From: Eledone cirrhosa
Lineage: Eukaryota
Assembly: GCA_964016885.1 (NCBI GenBank)
Contig: OZ024740.1
Coordinates: 315,704,001-315,768,000, forward strand
Direction of reading: 5' to 3'
DNA: 64,000 nt
Shown piece after piece: positions 13,646 through 28,114 of the stretch; position 1 is the stretch's first letter, and each line of letters starts with the position of its first letter. A model generated the notes under the pieces. That model made no database searches. It worked only from the letters and a program-made list of their open reading frames with translations, and was not told the origin of the DNA. The position numbers were made by a program, and so were the translations under genes.

Positions 13646-14129
13646 AATCACTCCATCTCTTGTTCTCAGTGTATTTAATTAATTAATGAGCTTCCAGTAC
13701 TGAGGTAAAGACTTCTTCTGAGCTTGGAGAAGCTAATGGAATTTAACAGTGTCAAATCGGAAATTCCAACAGCACTACCAAATACCACTAACAACCAAAT
13801 AGATTCATTAATTTAAGATATTGTCAAATATTCTAGATATTTAGTTATATAAACAAGACTATTTTATTATAAACTTCTTTCCTAAAACATATATGTTAAT
13901 ACAAACATTGGAGACCCCTAAAATAAAACCAAAATAACAAAAATAATTATTATATATGTCTAGTGGGGTAACATGACGTGATTTTAAGTTCCTCGGAAAT
14001 GAAATCTATAAACCAGTTTTGATCTTTCTTTTTTTCACATAACATAACTAATACTATTTAGAAAAGCATAAATCCCCTAATTTCCCATTTCCTCAACCCA
14101 TATAAATTTTATATTATATGTTATTATAA

Positions 14130-14735
14130 TCATCACTTAACATTTATTTTCCAAGCTTGAATGGGTTTGATGACTGTCTTGCTCATATGTTCTGTTTAAG
14201 CTTGGTTTCTACAGCTGAATGTCGTTACTAATGCCAACCATTTTACAGTATGCACTGGTAGCATTTTATCATGAACATAGCACTACCACCTTAGCACAAG
14301 ATGGACTGGGTGTTTTTCTTCGTGGCACCAGTACTACCATCTTACAGGGTGGATTGGGTGTTTTTCTTCGTGGCACCAGTACTACCATCTTACAGGGTGG
14401 ATTGGGTGTTTTTCGTCATGGCACCAGCACTACCATCTTACAGGATGGACTGGATGTTTTTCATCATGGCACCAGCACTACCACCTTACAGGGTGGACTG
14501 AGTGTTTTTTGTCATGGCACCACCACCCTATAAGATGGACAGGGTGTTTTTCATTATGGTATGAACACTATCACCTTACAGGATGGACTGGATGTTTTTC
14601 ATCATGGCACCAGCACTATCATCTTACAAGATGTACTGGGTGTTTTTTGTCAAGGCACCAGCACTACCACCTTACAGGGTAGACTGGGTGCTTTTTTTTT
14701 GTCTTGGCACCAGCACTACCACTTTACAGGGTGAA
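14130..14735 (-). repeat. RTE-tail-type short element with an internally amplified 48-bp minisatellite (~10 units)
   Basis: Unit ggcaccagtactaccatcttacagggtggattgggtgtttttcttcgt (16-aa period in the ORF track), preceded by catcacttaacatttattttccaagcttgaatgggtt. Confidence 0.8.
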
Positions 14736-15447
14736 CATAAATATAGAAATATGAACCCTGTCAGTCATTTGAAATCCCCCATATAGATAGAGAAACCTGA
14801 AGAAAAAGATTGCGATTGATATTACTCTTTCTCTTCAGACTGATTAATAATAGAAAAAAGAAATTGTCTGAAAAATCAGGTCACAGCCTCAATTCTTCAA
14901 AAGGTTGCCTCTACTTGGTGGTGTGATGTTGCCACACCATAGCTTGACTGAATTGTTTAGAAATATGTCTGATATGAAGATATAAACGTTTGTTGTGTCA
15001 AGTAAAATTATATATCAAAATACTAAATGAAAGAAGTAGAGAAGGAGGAGAAGGATGAAAAAGAGGGTAGCAATGTTGTGGGGGGGGGGAAGGTGGAAAG
15101 GAAAGAAGGAAGGAAGAAAGGGATGTGAGTAAAAGGAAGAGGAGATATTATATAAGAAATTGCTTGAATCATCATTTTTACATCTGTTCCCATTCACTTA
15201 GGTGAATTTACTTGACAGCCTTTTACTTCACAATACCAACTCTTTAAACCAGTCTGACTGACTGCCTGCCTGCTTCTGTCTATTTTATTATATAAACATT
15301 ACAATAATATTAAAACATAGCAATAACATGACATAAATATTATAATAATATGTACATTATATATATTACATTATTATTGTTATATAGCCTGTGCCATCAT
15401 ATCCAATGGAACAAACCATTTGTCATAACAAGCCTGTATATATGTAT

Positions 15448-15502
<55 letters not shown>

Positions 15503-15650
15503 ATAAAGTATGGGAGAGTATGTAAGCAGGATATTGGTCTCTGAACCATCAGTGAGGTCAATAACTTCAATTCAGTTCTGACTTGGTCTGACCAACCCTT
15601 GCTAGCAGGGATAACGGATGTTAAATGATATATATATATATATATATATA

Positions 15651-18600
15651 CATCAGCATCAACGTTTAGCGTCCGTGTTCCACGCTTGCATGGGTTTGGA
15701 CGGGGGTTTTCCCACTTGAGGCAAGAGTGATTATCTTGCTCGCATAGGACTGTCTGGCAGGTTTTCTACAGCTGGATGCCCTTCCTAACACCAACCACAT
15801 TTACAGTGTGGGACTGGGAGGTTTTTACTGTGTTGCCTACACGGCCACATTACAGCGTGAACTGTGTGTTTTTTTGACGTGACACCTACACGATCTCATT
15901 TGTTTCGGCCTGGATGTTGTGGCACCAACATAACTTTACATTGAAAGGGGCGGTGTGGATGGGGTGGGGGTGGTGGGACGGGGGTGTATTTTGTTAGAGA
16001 TGCCTACTGACTGTAGTAGGTTTTACTTTGTATTTAGGTAAGGCGGGTCTTCTCTATTACTGAGTACCGCCAAAGGTCTCGGTCCAGTGACATTGTCTTG
16101 GTGAGGTGTAAGTGTGTGAGGTCGGAATTTATCAGCTCGTCCCAGGTTTTTCTGGGTCTGCCTATTCCGTGGCTACCGTCTATCTTTATTGCCCTGCACT
16201 TTGTTATACAGCTATCGTCCTTCATGCGCATCACGTGACCATACCAACGTAGCCTTCTCTCGAGTAAACAACATCTGATCCCTCTTATTTCTAATTTTTT
16301 CCTTAGTTCGTTTATGCTTTGCCATTCACGTATATTACTATTACACATCCAGCGGAGCATGCAAGCTTCGTTTCTCTCTAGTCTGCGTATATCCTCTGCA
16401 CACAATGCCCAGGTCTCACTGCCATGCAACATTGCTGTTCGTATGCAGGCATCGTACAACCTGCCTTTCATTTTTAGGGAGAACCCTTTAGCGGCTAATA
16501 GTGGTATAAGCTCTCTGAACTTTTTCCACCCAGTTCTGACTCTAGCTACTGTACTTTCAGAGCACCCTCCCCCACTGCTGATTTTGTCACCCAGGTAACG
16601 GAAGCTGTCCACTATTTCTATAGAACCCTCTGCGCAGTTGAAAGAGCTAGTATTTTGTGGGCACTTGCTGCTACTTATTGCACCAGAGCACCGGCCACAT
16701 ATAAAATCTGTTCTTAGTTAGCTTAACTGTGATCCCACTACATCTTTTATGCACCCATACTTTGCATTTGGGACACAAAATGGAGTTTCTACCTACGCCT
16801 TTCCTAAACACTGAGCATGGCCATTTCCCGGAAGGGACCGCCGCCTTATTTTCTTTCCTACAAACTAGAACTTTAGTCTTAGCCAGGTTAATTTTAAGGC
16901 CTTTTGATTCTAGGCCGTGCTTCCATGTTTGGAATTTCTTCTCTAGCTCGGCCATTGATTCAGCTATGAGTGTTAGGTCATCTGCGTATAGGAGTTCCCA
17001 TGGGCAACCGGTCTTGAACTCCTCTGTTATAGCCTGAAGGGCAATAATAAATAGTAGGGGGCTGAGAACAGAGCCCTGATGGACGCCAACTTTTATGCTA
17101 AACTCTTCACTATATTCGTTGTTAATTCTAACCTTGTCAATACCTAGTTTTCTAAGAGCCCACCAGATAATGGAACAGGGGACTCTGTCGAAGGCTTTCT
17201 CCAAGTCGACAAAAGCTAAGTATAGGGGTTTACTTTTAGCTAGGTACTTCTCCTGTAGTTGTCGTACAATGAAAAGAGCGTCTGTGGTACTTTTGCCTGA
17301 CACAAACCCGAACTGCATTTCATCTAGATCAATTCTCTCTCTGATTAGTTGCGCTATTACTTTTTCGCGACCTTCATGACCTGGTTGATTAATTTAATGC
17401 CTCTATAGTTACTCCTATCTAGGGCATCTCCTTTACCCTTATAACAGTTAACGATGATGCTGCTACGCCAGTCCTTCGGAACAACCCCATTCTGTACGAC
17501 TTGGTTAACTATCCGGGTGACCATGGTGTGTCCCACCGTACCAGATGCCTTCAGCATCTCGGCAACTATTTCCGAAGGCCCAGCCGCCTTACCCGTCTTC
17601 ATATCTTTGATTGCCTTACTTATTATACTACCCTCGACTAACACTGTTGGTCCCTCTATTGGGTTGATGTGGTGGAGACTGTCTTTCTCCCATTTATTCT
17701 CCTCATTTAGTAGCCTTTCATAGTGACACTTCCAAGCTACCTTCTTATCAGCGTCGGTGATGGCAAGTACGCCGTCATCATTAAGTACACACTTCTCCCC
17801 GACAATATCACGGTTTTCCTTGACACATTGCCTAGCAATCCTGAACACCTCACGTTTTTGGTCCTCGCGTTGTAGAACATGCTTGAACTTTCTTTCCTCT
17901 GCTTCCCTTCTTGCGAAGTACACTTGTCTCCTAGCTTCCCTCCTGGCCACTTGATAGTCTTCTCTGCTTCCCCCATCCCGCCATACTTTCCAAGCCTGCT
18001 TTTTGGCCTTAATTGATCCCTCCACCTTACTGTTCCACCACCATGTTACTCTCCTCCTGCCTACAGGCCTGCTCCAGCCACAGACTTCGTCTGCCGCCAT
18101 CAGCAGGTTTGCTTTCAGGAATTCCCACTGCTCCTCTATATTGTACGACTCTAATTGCTCTTCCTTACTGTCGAAAGCATCAAGTAGTATACTTTTGAAT
18201 TTATTTCTGGCTGTGGGGTCCTTTAGCTTCCATATTTTTCTCCTGAGGATAGTCCTCTTCTGTTGTCTAGTACGTCTCGTCCTGACTATTAGGTCGCTAA
18301 TTATCAGTCTATGTTGGGAGGTGCATTCTTCATGGGGGAGAGATTTAGTGTTTACAACAGACACTCTGTCACGTCTTCTGGTAAGGATATAATCTACCTG
18401 GCTTGTGTGTTCCCCCGATCTATAGGTGATCAGGTGATTGTCACGTTTTTTTAAGTTAGTGTTACAGATAGTTAGGTTATTTGCGTCACAGAATTCCAGG
18501 ATTCTGGAGCCTTCCTCATTTCTAGTACCAAACCCATAGCCTCCATGGATTTCGTCGTAGCCGTCACAATGTTGTCCAATGTGACCATTTAGGTCACCTG

Positions 18601-19018
18601 CAATAATTATATAGTCACTGTCGGTTATTTGGGAGGTAGTGAGCATCAGTGTCTCATAGAATCTGTCTTTTATAGTGCCGGGCAGACCGGATTGGGGTGC
18701 GTACGCAGATATTACTGTCACCGTAGTTCTATTGAGGACAAGTCTTATTTTAATTATTCTGTCGTTCACTCTATTTACGTCTATTATCTTATCTGCCCAC
18801 TTTTCTGCTACCATGATTCCTACTCCACCCAGCCCATTGTCATTTCCCAGCCAGAAAAACTTATAGCATCGTTTTTTACCCACAATGAATCTAGCAGACC
18901 CACCCCTCCACCTGGTCTCTTGAATACAACAAACATCGACCTCTTTACGTTCAAGCATTTCTACAACCTCGTTAGAGCGACCCTTTAAGGTGCCTACATT
19001 CATGGTACCAACTCTGAA
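15651..19018 (-). mobile_element. Near full-ORF RTE family B LINE (APE endonuclease + RT), with frameshifts
   Basis: APE motifs GTMNVGTL, VCCIQETRW, AYAPQ, AGDLNGHIG, SQVDYIL, SQHRLI; RT motifs continue in ORFs 16671..17318 and 16034..16612; internal deletion after KLGID; TA runs on both sides. Confidence 0.95.
17357..19018 (-). pseudogene. APE endonuclease and RT N-terminal part of RTE ORF
   Basis: 561-aa ORF ends by frameshift shortly after NYRGIKLINQVMKV. Confidence 0.9.
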
Positions 19019-19103
19019 TATATATATATATATATATATCATTTAACATCCGTTATCCCTGCTAGCAAGGGTTGGTCAGACCAAGTCAGAACTGAATTGA
19101 AGT

Positions 19104-19138
<35 letters not shown>

Positions 19139-19142
<4 letters not shown>

Positions 19143-19470
19143 AATACACAGAGAGAAGTGTGTAAAAAATAATTACACGAGAGTTTAACCGATACTCTAT
19201 GGAGAACGAGACCTACAGGTTAGCAATTAAATGCACTGTTATACCGCACATTTCTGTGGTGAAACGAACTAAATTCGTATCAGCAAGCTTATAGTTATAA
19301 GGTCAGTAATTTAAAACTCTACTTCAGAGATTTGATTCCAACTTAGTTTTTTTCTATTTAATTGCTAACCTGTAGGTATTTTTCTCCATACAGTAACGGT
19401 TAAACTCACATGTAATAATTTTTTACACACTTCTCACTGTGTAATACACTTCTGTGTGTGTATTTGTATT
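19139..19470. repeat. Imperfect fold-back with ~90-bp arms next to a TA run
   Basis: gagaagtgtgtaaaaaataattaca...acctacaggttagcaattaaat is mirrored by atttaattgctaacctgtaggt...tgtaataattttttacacacttctc. Confidence 0.8.
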
Positions 19471-19560
19471 TGAGCTCAGATGGAAATTTTCTGTTCTTCT
19501 TCGAGTTAATATTATTATTACTGTGAACTGCGGAATATTTTAATTCCAATCCTTGTATAT

Positions 19561-21940
19561 ATCATCATCATCATCATCATCGTTTAACATCCATTTTCCA
19601 CGCTAGCATGGGTCTGGACGGGAATTGTCCCACTTGAGGCAAGATTGGTTGTCTTGCTCAGGACTGTCTGGCAGGTTTTCTACGGCTGGATGCCCTTCCT
19701 AACACCAACCACGTTTACAGTGTGGACTGGGAGGTTTTTACCGTGTTACCTACATGGCCACATTACAGCGTGGACTGTGTGTTTTTTTGTTGTGACACCT
19801 ACACGACCTCATTTATTTAGGACTGGATGTTGTGGTACCAACATAGCTTTACATCGAAAGGGGTGGTGTAGATGGCGGTGGGGGTAGGGTTGGGACGGGG
19901 GGTGTATTTTGGTTAAGAGGTGCCTACTGACTGTAGGTTTCACTTTGTACTTAGGCAAGGCAAGTCTTCTTTATTACTACCTAGCGCCAAAGATCTTGGT
20001 CCAGTGACATTGTCTTGGAGAGGTGTAAGTGTGTGAGGTCGGATTTTATCAAGTCGTCCCAGGTTTTTCTCGGTCTGCCTACTCCGTAGCTACCGTCTAT
20101 TTTGATCGCCCTGCACTTTTTTATACAGCTGTCATCTTTCATGCGCATCACGTGACCATACCAACGTAGTCTTCTCTCGAGTAAACAGCATCTGATCCCT
20201 CTTATTCCTAATTTCTCACTTAGTTCATTTATGCTTTGCCGTTCACGTATATTACTATTACACATCCAATGGAACATGCAAGCTTCGTTCCTCTCCAGTC
20301 TGCGTAGATCCTCTGCACACAAGGCTCATGTCTCACTGCCATATAACATCACTGTTCGTATGCAGGCATCATACAGCCTGCCTTTTATTTTTAGAGAGAA
20401 ACCTTTAGCGGCCAATAGTGGTATAAGCTCTCTGAACTTTCTCCATCCCGTTCTGACTCTAGCTACAGTACTTTCAGAGCACCCTCCACCACTGCTGATT
20501 TTGTCACCCAGGTAGCGGAAGGTGTCTACTATTTCTATAGACCCATCTGGGCAATGGAATGAGCTAGTATTCTGTGGGCATTTGCTGCTACTTATTGCAC
20601 CAGAGCACCGGCCACATATAAAATCTATATTCTTAGTTAGCTTACCTGTGATCCCACTACATCTTTTATGCACCCATACTTTGCATTTGGGACATAAAAT
20701 GGAGTTTCTGCCTACTCCTTTCCTACACACTGAGCATGGCCATTTCCCAGATGGGACCAGTGCCCTATTCTCCTTCCTACGTATTAGGACTTTAGTCTTA
20801 GACAAGTTAATTTTAAGGCCTTTTGATTCTAGGCCATGCTTCCATGTTTGGAATTTCTTCTCTAGTTCAGCCATTGATTCGGCTATGCGCGTTAGATCAT
20901 CTGCGTATAGAAGTTCCCATGGGCAGCCGGTCTTGAACTCCTCCGTTATAGCTTGGAGGGCGATAATAAATAGGAGGGGGCTAAGGACGGAGCCCTGATG
21001 GACACCAACTTTTACACTAAACTCTTCACTATATTCGTTGTTAATTCTAACCTTGCTAACTGTTTCTTTATACATGGCTTGTATAGCTCTCACAAGCCAT
21101 TCATCTACACCTAGTTTTCTAAGAGCCCACCAGATAATGGAGCGGGGGACTCTGTCAAAGGCTTTCTCCAGGTCTACAAAAGCCAAGTAGAAGGGTTTAC
21201 TCCTGTAGTTGTCGTACAATGAAAAGAGCGTCTGTGGTACTTTTACCTGACACAAACCCGAACTGCATTTCATCTAGATTAATTCACTCTCTGATTAGTT
21301 GCACTATTACTTTTTCTGTGACCTTCATGACCTGGTCAATTAATTTAATGCCTCTATAGTTTCCCCTATCTAGGGCGTCTCCTTTACCCTTGTAGCAGTT
21401 AATGATGATGCTGCTACGCCAGTCCTTTGGTATGACCCCATTCTGTATAACTTGGTTTACTATCCGGGTGACCATAGTGTGTCCCACCGTTCCAGATGCT
21501 TTCAGCATTTCAGCAACTATTTCCGAAGGCCCAGCCGCCTTGCCCGTCTTCATATCTTTGATTGCCTTACTTATTATACTACCTTCAACTTGCACTGCTG
21601 GTCCCTCTATTGGATCGATGTGGGGGGAGGCTGTCTTTCTCCCATTTATTCTCCTCATTTAGTAGCCTTTCGTAGTGACATTTCCAAGCTACCTTTTTAT
21701 CAGCGTCAGTGATGGCCAGTACACCATCATCATTACGGACACACTTCTCCCAACAATATCACGGTTCTCCTTGACACATTGTCTAGCAATTCTGAACATC
21801 ATGTTTTTGGTCCTCGCGTTGTAGAACATGCTTGAACTTTCTTTCCTCTGCTTCCCTTCTTGCGAAGTACACTTGTCTCCTAGCTTCCCTCCTGGCCACT
21901 TGATAGTCTTCACTACTTTCCCCATCCCGCCATACTTTCC
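19561..21940 (-). mobile_element. Second, 5'-truncated RTE family B LINE with frameshifts and deletions
   Basis: ORFs 19981..20322, 20326..21273 and 21284..21658 align by eye with the 15651-19018 copy; (CAT)n tail at 19561. Confidence 0.93.
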
Positions 21941-21965
21941 ATATATTTCAGGAAATTATAAGGCA

Positions 21966-23246
21966 ATAATTGTTTCTACTTTTGGCACAAGGTCAGCAAT
22001 TACCCAATACATTATTTTATCGACCCCGTAAGGATGAAAGGCAAAGTTAACCTCGGTGGGATTTGAACTCAGACTGTAAAGGGACGTAACTCTTTGCTGC
22101 AAAGCATGGCGTCAGACCCTCTACCGATACTGCCAATCCACCGCCCTATTATAATGCAATAATATAAGATAACATTTGAACATGATATATAATTAAAAAA
22201 ACATTATTATTATCATTATTTGCCTTTCATCCTTACGGGGTCGATAAAATAAAGTACCAGTAATGTACTGGGTAATTGCTGGCCTTGTGCCAAAAGTAGA
22301 AAATTATTATTATCATTATTAGGGCAGTGGATTGGCAGTATCGGTAGAACATCAGACAACATGCTTTATGGCATATAGTTACGTCCTTTTACCATGTAAG
22401 TTCAAATCCTGCCAAGGTTAGCTTTGCTTTTTATCCTTACGGTGTCAATAAAATAAAGTACCAGTAATGCACTGGATCAATTTAATCAACTTTCCCCTCC
22501 CTTAAAAAAATTGTTAGCCTTGTACCTAAATCAGAAACCATTATTATTAGGGCAGTATTGGTAGAGTGTCGGGCACCATGCTTTGCAGCAGAATTACAAC
22601 CCTTTAGAATCTGAGTTCAAATCCTGTTGAGGTTAGCTTAACCTTATGGGGTCAATAAAATAAAGTACCAGTAAGCACTGGGTCAATTTAATCAACCCCC
22701 TCCCCCCCCACACACACACACACACTTCCCTTCAAATTGCTGTCCTTGTGTCTAAAGTAGAAACAATTATTAATATGGATGTTGTTTGCAGTGAATGGAC
22801 ATGTAACCCAGCTTCAGAGAAGAATTGAATTTACCACAGTTTATTTGATGCAAATGAATGGGGTTTTCTTTTTTGTTTTTTGTTTTTCTGTCTTCCAACA
22901 AACTACTTTTAAATGATTGAGTTTCCACCTCATTAGCAAAGTTTCTCCTTGGACCATTATTTAATAAGGCTTACTCTGGAGGAGCAATGATTAGGCTCCA
23001 AAATTTTCAAAAAATTAATTTTGAAAATTTTGTAAACAAAAACACAATTTAAAAAAACAAAAAAAAAAAGAAAAGAAAAAAAATGATGACAATTGAACAA
23101 ACGGAAATTTACACTTTAACAAAGACAATTGTAAAAGTAGTGATAGCTTTAATAACTGTTTCTACTTTTGGCACAAGGCCAGCAATTATCCCAGTGTATT
23201 ACTGGTACTTTATTTTATCGACCCCGTAAGGATGAAAGGCAAAGTT
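21966..23246. mobile_element. Cluster of five tRNA-SINE copies or fragments, both orientations
   Basis: gagttcaaatcc / ggatttgaactc B boxes and the shared central domain. Confidence 0.85.
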
Positions 23247-23480
23247 TAATAACGAAAGCAAAAACTACAGCTTTGTTCGCATTAGAAATAAAAGAGAAAG
23301 AACACAAAGGTTAGCTGTAGAAAAAGAAGAAAAAGTGAGACATGTAAAGAAAGAACAAAAAGGAAAGTGACATATTTCTGCTTTCAAAAAACAGAGGGAC
23401 TTCCATATGACTTGAAAGAACAATAAGCAAAAGCCATAGCTCAAGAGAAACATGAGCTAGTGCATATGAAAGTCTAGTGT

Positions 23481-23708
23481 TTAACCCTTTAGTGTTCAAA
23501 CCGGCCAAAACCGGCCAGAATTCTCTACCATTCTCTGTTGAAACTGGCTGTAACTGGTCGTTCAAACTGATGTTAAGGTATTGTTCTCAAAATAAATACT
23601 TTCAAAATCTCATAGATTCGATATTATGAGAGATAATTATGTGAGGTAAAGCCTTTACCATGAAAATATAATAGTATATATAAAATAATGTGAATGCTAA
23701 AGGGTTAA
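23481..23708. mobile_element. TTAA-flanked ~220-bp MITE (piggyBac-like)
   Basis: ttaa-ccctttag...gctaaaggg-ttaa; eight related copies in the window. Confidence 0.85.
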
Positions 23709-24239
23709 CACTTTAGTTACCAACCCAGCCAAAACTAGCTCTGATGGTTTAGTAAATTATGTCAATCCATAGTATTGAACTGGTAGTTATCTTCAATATC
23801 CTGAGAAAGAAGAAAACCAAAGCCAAAGTAGCAGGATTTGAACTCAGAACATAAAAGGGATGTAACTAAATACAGCAACAATGATGGTAAAGGTTGCATA
23901 GAGAAAAAGAAATATAGACTTTTAAATGGATTTTTTTAAGGAAAAAGATATAAATAACACAGATGGAAGAAAATAGAAAAAAAAAAGGAAAAATATTTGT
24001 TACAATGTTACTTTAAAGTGTTGTGTAATTCTTCTGGCTATGGCTTGAGGTTTATAAAATAGTGACCTCAACAACAATACCACCTACATAACTACTGTTG
24101 ATGGTCTAGCTGTCACTGACAAAACCCATACAATTACTATACACCTCCCTCCACTCTGCTGTTGCTACTACTACTACTACTACTACTAATAATAATAATA
24201 ATAATAATTATAATAATGCTAATACTACTGTTAATGCTA

Positions 24240-25636
24240 CTAAAACAACCCCCTGCCACAACCACCATTACTACTACTACTACTACTACTACTAGTAAAG
24301 TTATTAAAAATTACAAGTAGTATTACCACCACCACCACTACTATTACCACAGCCGCCACCACCACTACCACCATCATTACTACTACCATTACCACTACTA
24401 CTAGTAAAGTTATTAAAAATTACAAGTAGTATTACCACCACCACCACTACTATTACCACAGCCGCCACCATCATTACCACTACCACCATCATTACTACTA
24501 CCATTACCACTACTACAACCACCACCACCACCACCATTACTACCATCATCACCACTACCACCATCATTACCACTACTACAACCACCACCACCATCATCCC
24601 TATCACCACCATCATTACCACTACTACAACCACCACCACCACCACTACCACCATCATCCCTATCACCACCATCATTACTACTACCATTACCACTACTACA
24701 ACCACCACCACCACCATTACTACCACCATCATTACCACTATTACAACCACCACCACCACCACCACAATTACTACCATCATCACCACTACCACCACCACCA
24801 CCATCATTACCACTACTACAACCACCACCACCACCATTACTACCATCATCACCACTACCACCATTATCCCTATCACCGCCATCATTACCACTATTACAAC
24901 CACCACCACCACCATTACTACCATCATCACCACTACCACCACCACCACCATCATTACCACTACTACAACCACCACCACCACCACCATTACTACCATCATC
25001 ACCACTACCACCACCACCACCATCATTACCACTACTACAACCACCACCACCACCATTACTACCACCATTATCCCTATCACCGCCATCATTACCACTATTA
25101 CAACCACCACCACCATTACTACCATCATCACCACTACCACCACCACCACCATCATTACCACTACTACAACCACCACCACCACCATTACTACCATCATCAC
25201 CACTACCACCATTATCCCTATCACCGCCATCATTACCACTATTACAACCACCACCACCACCATTACTACCATCATCACCACTACCACCACCACCACCATC
25301 ATTACCACTACTACAACCACCACCACCACCACCATTACTACCATCATCACCACTACCACCACCACCACCATCATTACCACTACTACAACCACCACCACCA
25401 CCATTACTACCACCATCATCCCTATCACCACCATCATTACCACTACTACAACCACCACCACCACCATTACTACCATCATCACCACTACCACCATCATCCC
25501 CATCACCACCATCATTACCACTACTACAACCACCACCACCACCACCATTACTACCATCATCACCACTACCACCATCATCCCTATCACCACCATCATTACC
25601 ACTACTACAACCACCACCACCACCACCATCATCACT
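24240..25636. repeat. Complex (ACC/ACT/ATC/ATT) trinucleotide-derived satellite with higher-order units
   Basis: Recurring blocks such as ccatcattaccactactacaaccaccacc and ccattatccctatcaccgcc; 109-bp tandem duplication at its left end. Confidence 0.92.
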
Positions 25637-26574
25637 AAAAGTGTGCTGGAATTGTTCAGCAAGGTCATGTTGAAAGGACATTGTGGCAATGAAGTCAGAA
25701 AGTTGTTGAAAGAAACAAGGTCAAATTATCAATTATTTAAGATGTTAAAAAGGAAATGACAGAAAACTGAGTAAGTGTATAGTCATGTTTTCAAGCATTT
25801 CACATTTCTAATTAATATGGCTACAAGGATTTTGGTCAGAGAGAACAGAGAGAATGTTCTTCATTGTAACAAAGTGTTATTAAATAACCACATCATGACC
25901 AACATCATTATCATCACTGTCAGTGCTGTAGTAAGTCTCAATCTTATAAGGAATAGTAGTGGATTGGCAGAAATCAGTAGAAGAGTGAATAAAATGCCTT
26001 ATGGTATTTAATTAGGAATTTAAGTTCTTCATCATCATCATCATAATCACTATCATCATTCTCATCACCGCCATCATCATTATCTCTAGTGAAGCCTCCA
26101 GTTCACACTAAATTGGTCATGGTGGTGACATGGCAAAAAGCGCCCATTACACAATGTAAAGTGGTTATGATGGCAACATGATAAAAAGTACCCAGCACAC
26201 ACTGTAAAGTAGTCATGTAGTCCAGTAATCACTGTAAATGAGGTTGGCATTAGGATGGGCATCCAGCTGTAGAAACCAAACCAAAATCAGTTCTGTATGA
26301 ACAAGACATGGTCACCTGACCTGGCATTTCTCACAACAGGACAACTTGTTTAACCCATGCTAGCGTTGAAAAATGGACATTAAACAGTGATGATGATGAT
26401 GAACATCATTATCATCAACATCATTCGTTTTTTCACGCTTGATTGGGTTGGACAGTTCTAATGTTCAAATCCCACACAAGGGTCAACTTTACTATTTAAC
26501 TTTCTGGAATCAATAATATAAGTATCAGTCAAATACTGGATTTGATACAACAATCAACTGTTCTTTACCAGAAA

Positions 26575-26912
26575 TATTGGTTTCTGATTTAGGCACAAGG
26601 TCAACAATTTTGGGGAAAGGGAAACTCGATTAAATCAACCCCAATGCATTACTGGTACTTTATTTTATCAACCTCATAAGGATGAAAGGCAAGGTTAACC
26701 CTGACAGGATTTGAACTCACTTTACCAGAAATATTTGTGTCTACTTTAGGCACAAGGCCAGCAATTACCCAGTTCATTACTGGTACTTTATTTTATCGAC
26801 CCCGTAAGGATGAAAGGCAAAGTCAACCTCGGCGGGATTTGAACTCAGATCGTAAAGGGACGTAACTATGCTGGAAAGCATGGCGTCCGACCCTCTACCG
26901 ATACTGCCAATC
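26575..26912 (-). mobile_element. Two tandem tRNA-SINE copies
   Basis: Same family motifs as 8189-8385. Confidence 0.85.
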
Positions 26913-28114
26913 CATACCAGAAATATTAAAGACTATTTATTATAGTTAGTCATCATCATCATCTATCATCATTTTCCTGTGTTGACATAGGTCAGACAGA
27001 TTATCAGTCTGAGTCAGTTCATATTTGGTGTGACTGCCTTCCTCAATCTGTTAAGTTAGTAATCAAATAATTAGTAATTTTAGAAAATCTTCAAAATTCT
27101 TCATGTTCCTTTTTAATACTAACCCAGCCAAAACTGGCTTTGGTTCTATGAAACAAAACCACCTATTTCAAAGGGTTCCTATTTAATTGGAAATTTTCCA
27201 AAATAACATGTTTCTTATATAAAATTAGGTTACTATCTTAGTAATGAAATAAATAGTAATTTTAGTAAATCTTCCAAAATCTTTCATTAATTAACTGGAA
27301 TAGGGTGTATTTCATCAGAGATATGGTCACAAAGGGGTTAATTAGCTATAAGATGAATATTTTATTTATTTTTTATTTCCCTTTATCTCATAATTACCCA
27401 TTTGGCTATTATCTTATAGTTTATCTCCATTAACCCTCATTAAGCAAATCTAGGATCAAAGACGTTCCAGCTATGACCATCCCATAATTGTCCAGATATA
27501 GTATATCAAGCAGGATTACATTATCCAATATTCTTTCCCTTTTTAAAATAGTGGAGTGTGATTTGAGTGAAATTTGGCTGCTATTTCCTGCAGGTTGAAA
27601 GACTGCAAGTTGAAAGCCTAAGTTGGCTTGCTTGTGGTATTATCTAATTAAATAGGTTCAAGTTAAAATCTGTCTCAAGCCCAGAGGTGTATCTCAGTTT
27701 CATTGGCATTTAAGAAACTGGGAGTACAAGACTACTCCTGGACAAGATGTCAGTTCATTCACAGTTAACTTCCTAGCTCTTAGTCATACTAATTTTCAGC
27801 TGAGTTGACTGGAGCAATGTGAAACAAAGAACACAACATGTCATCCGAGCCAGGAATTGAACCCACAATATTATGATCCTCATCCCAAAACCCTAACAAC
27901 GAGGCTGCTCAATTTCATTATCGACTTGAATAGGGTACTAATTAGTCACTTAGTTAATTGACAACTCAGTTCAGTTAATTAGCTTTGGATACTTAATTTT
28001 ACAGATAAACTAAATTACTAGTATCATTGAACTTCACCAGTTAAATCGTTCCTCATGATTCTCTCATCATTAGTACCATAAATATTACAACTGTTCTATA
28101 TTAGTAGAGGTTGG

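Noticed and set aside
16314-21712. Plus-strand ORFs overlapping the RTE elements
   Set aside because: Antisense shadows of LINE coding sequence.
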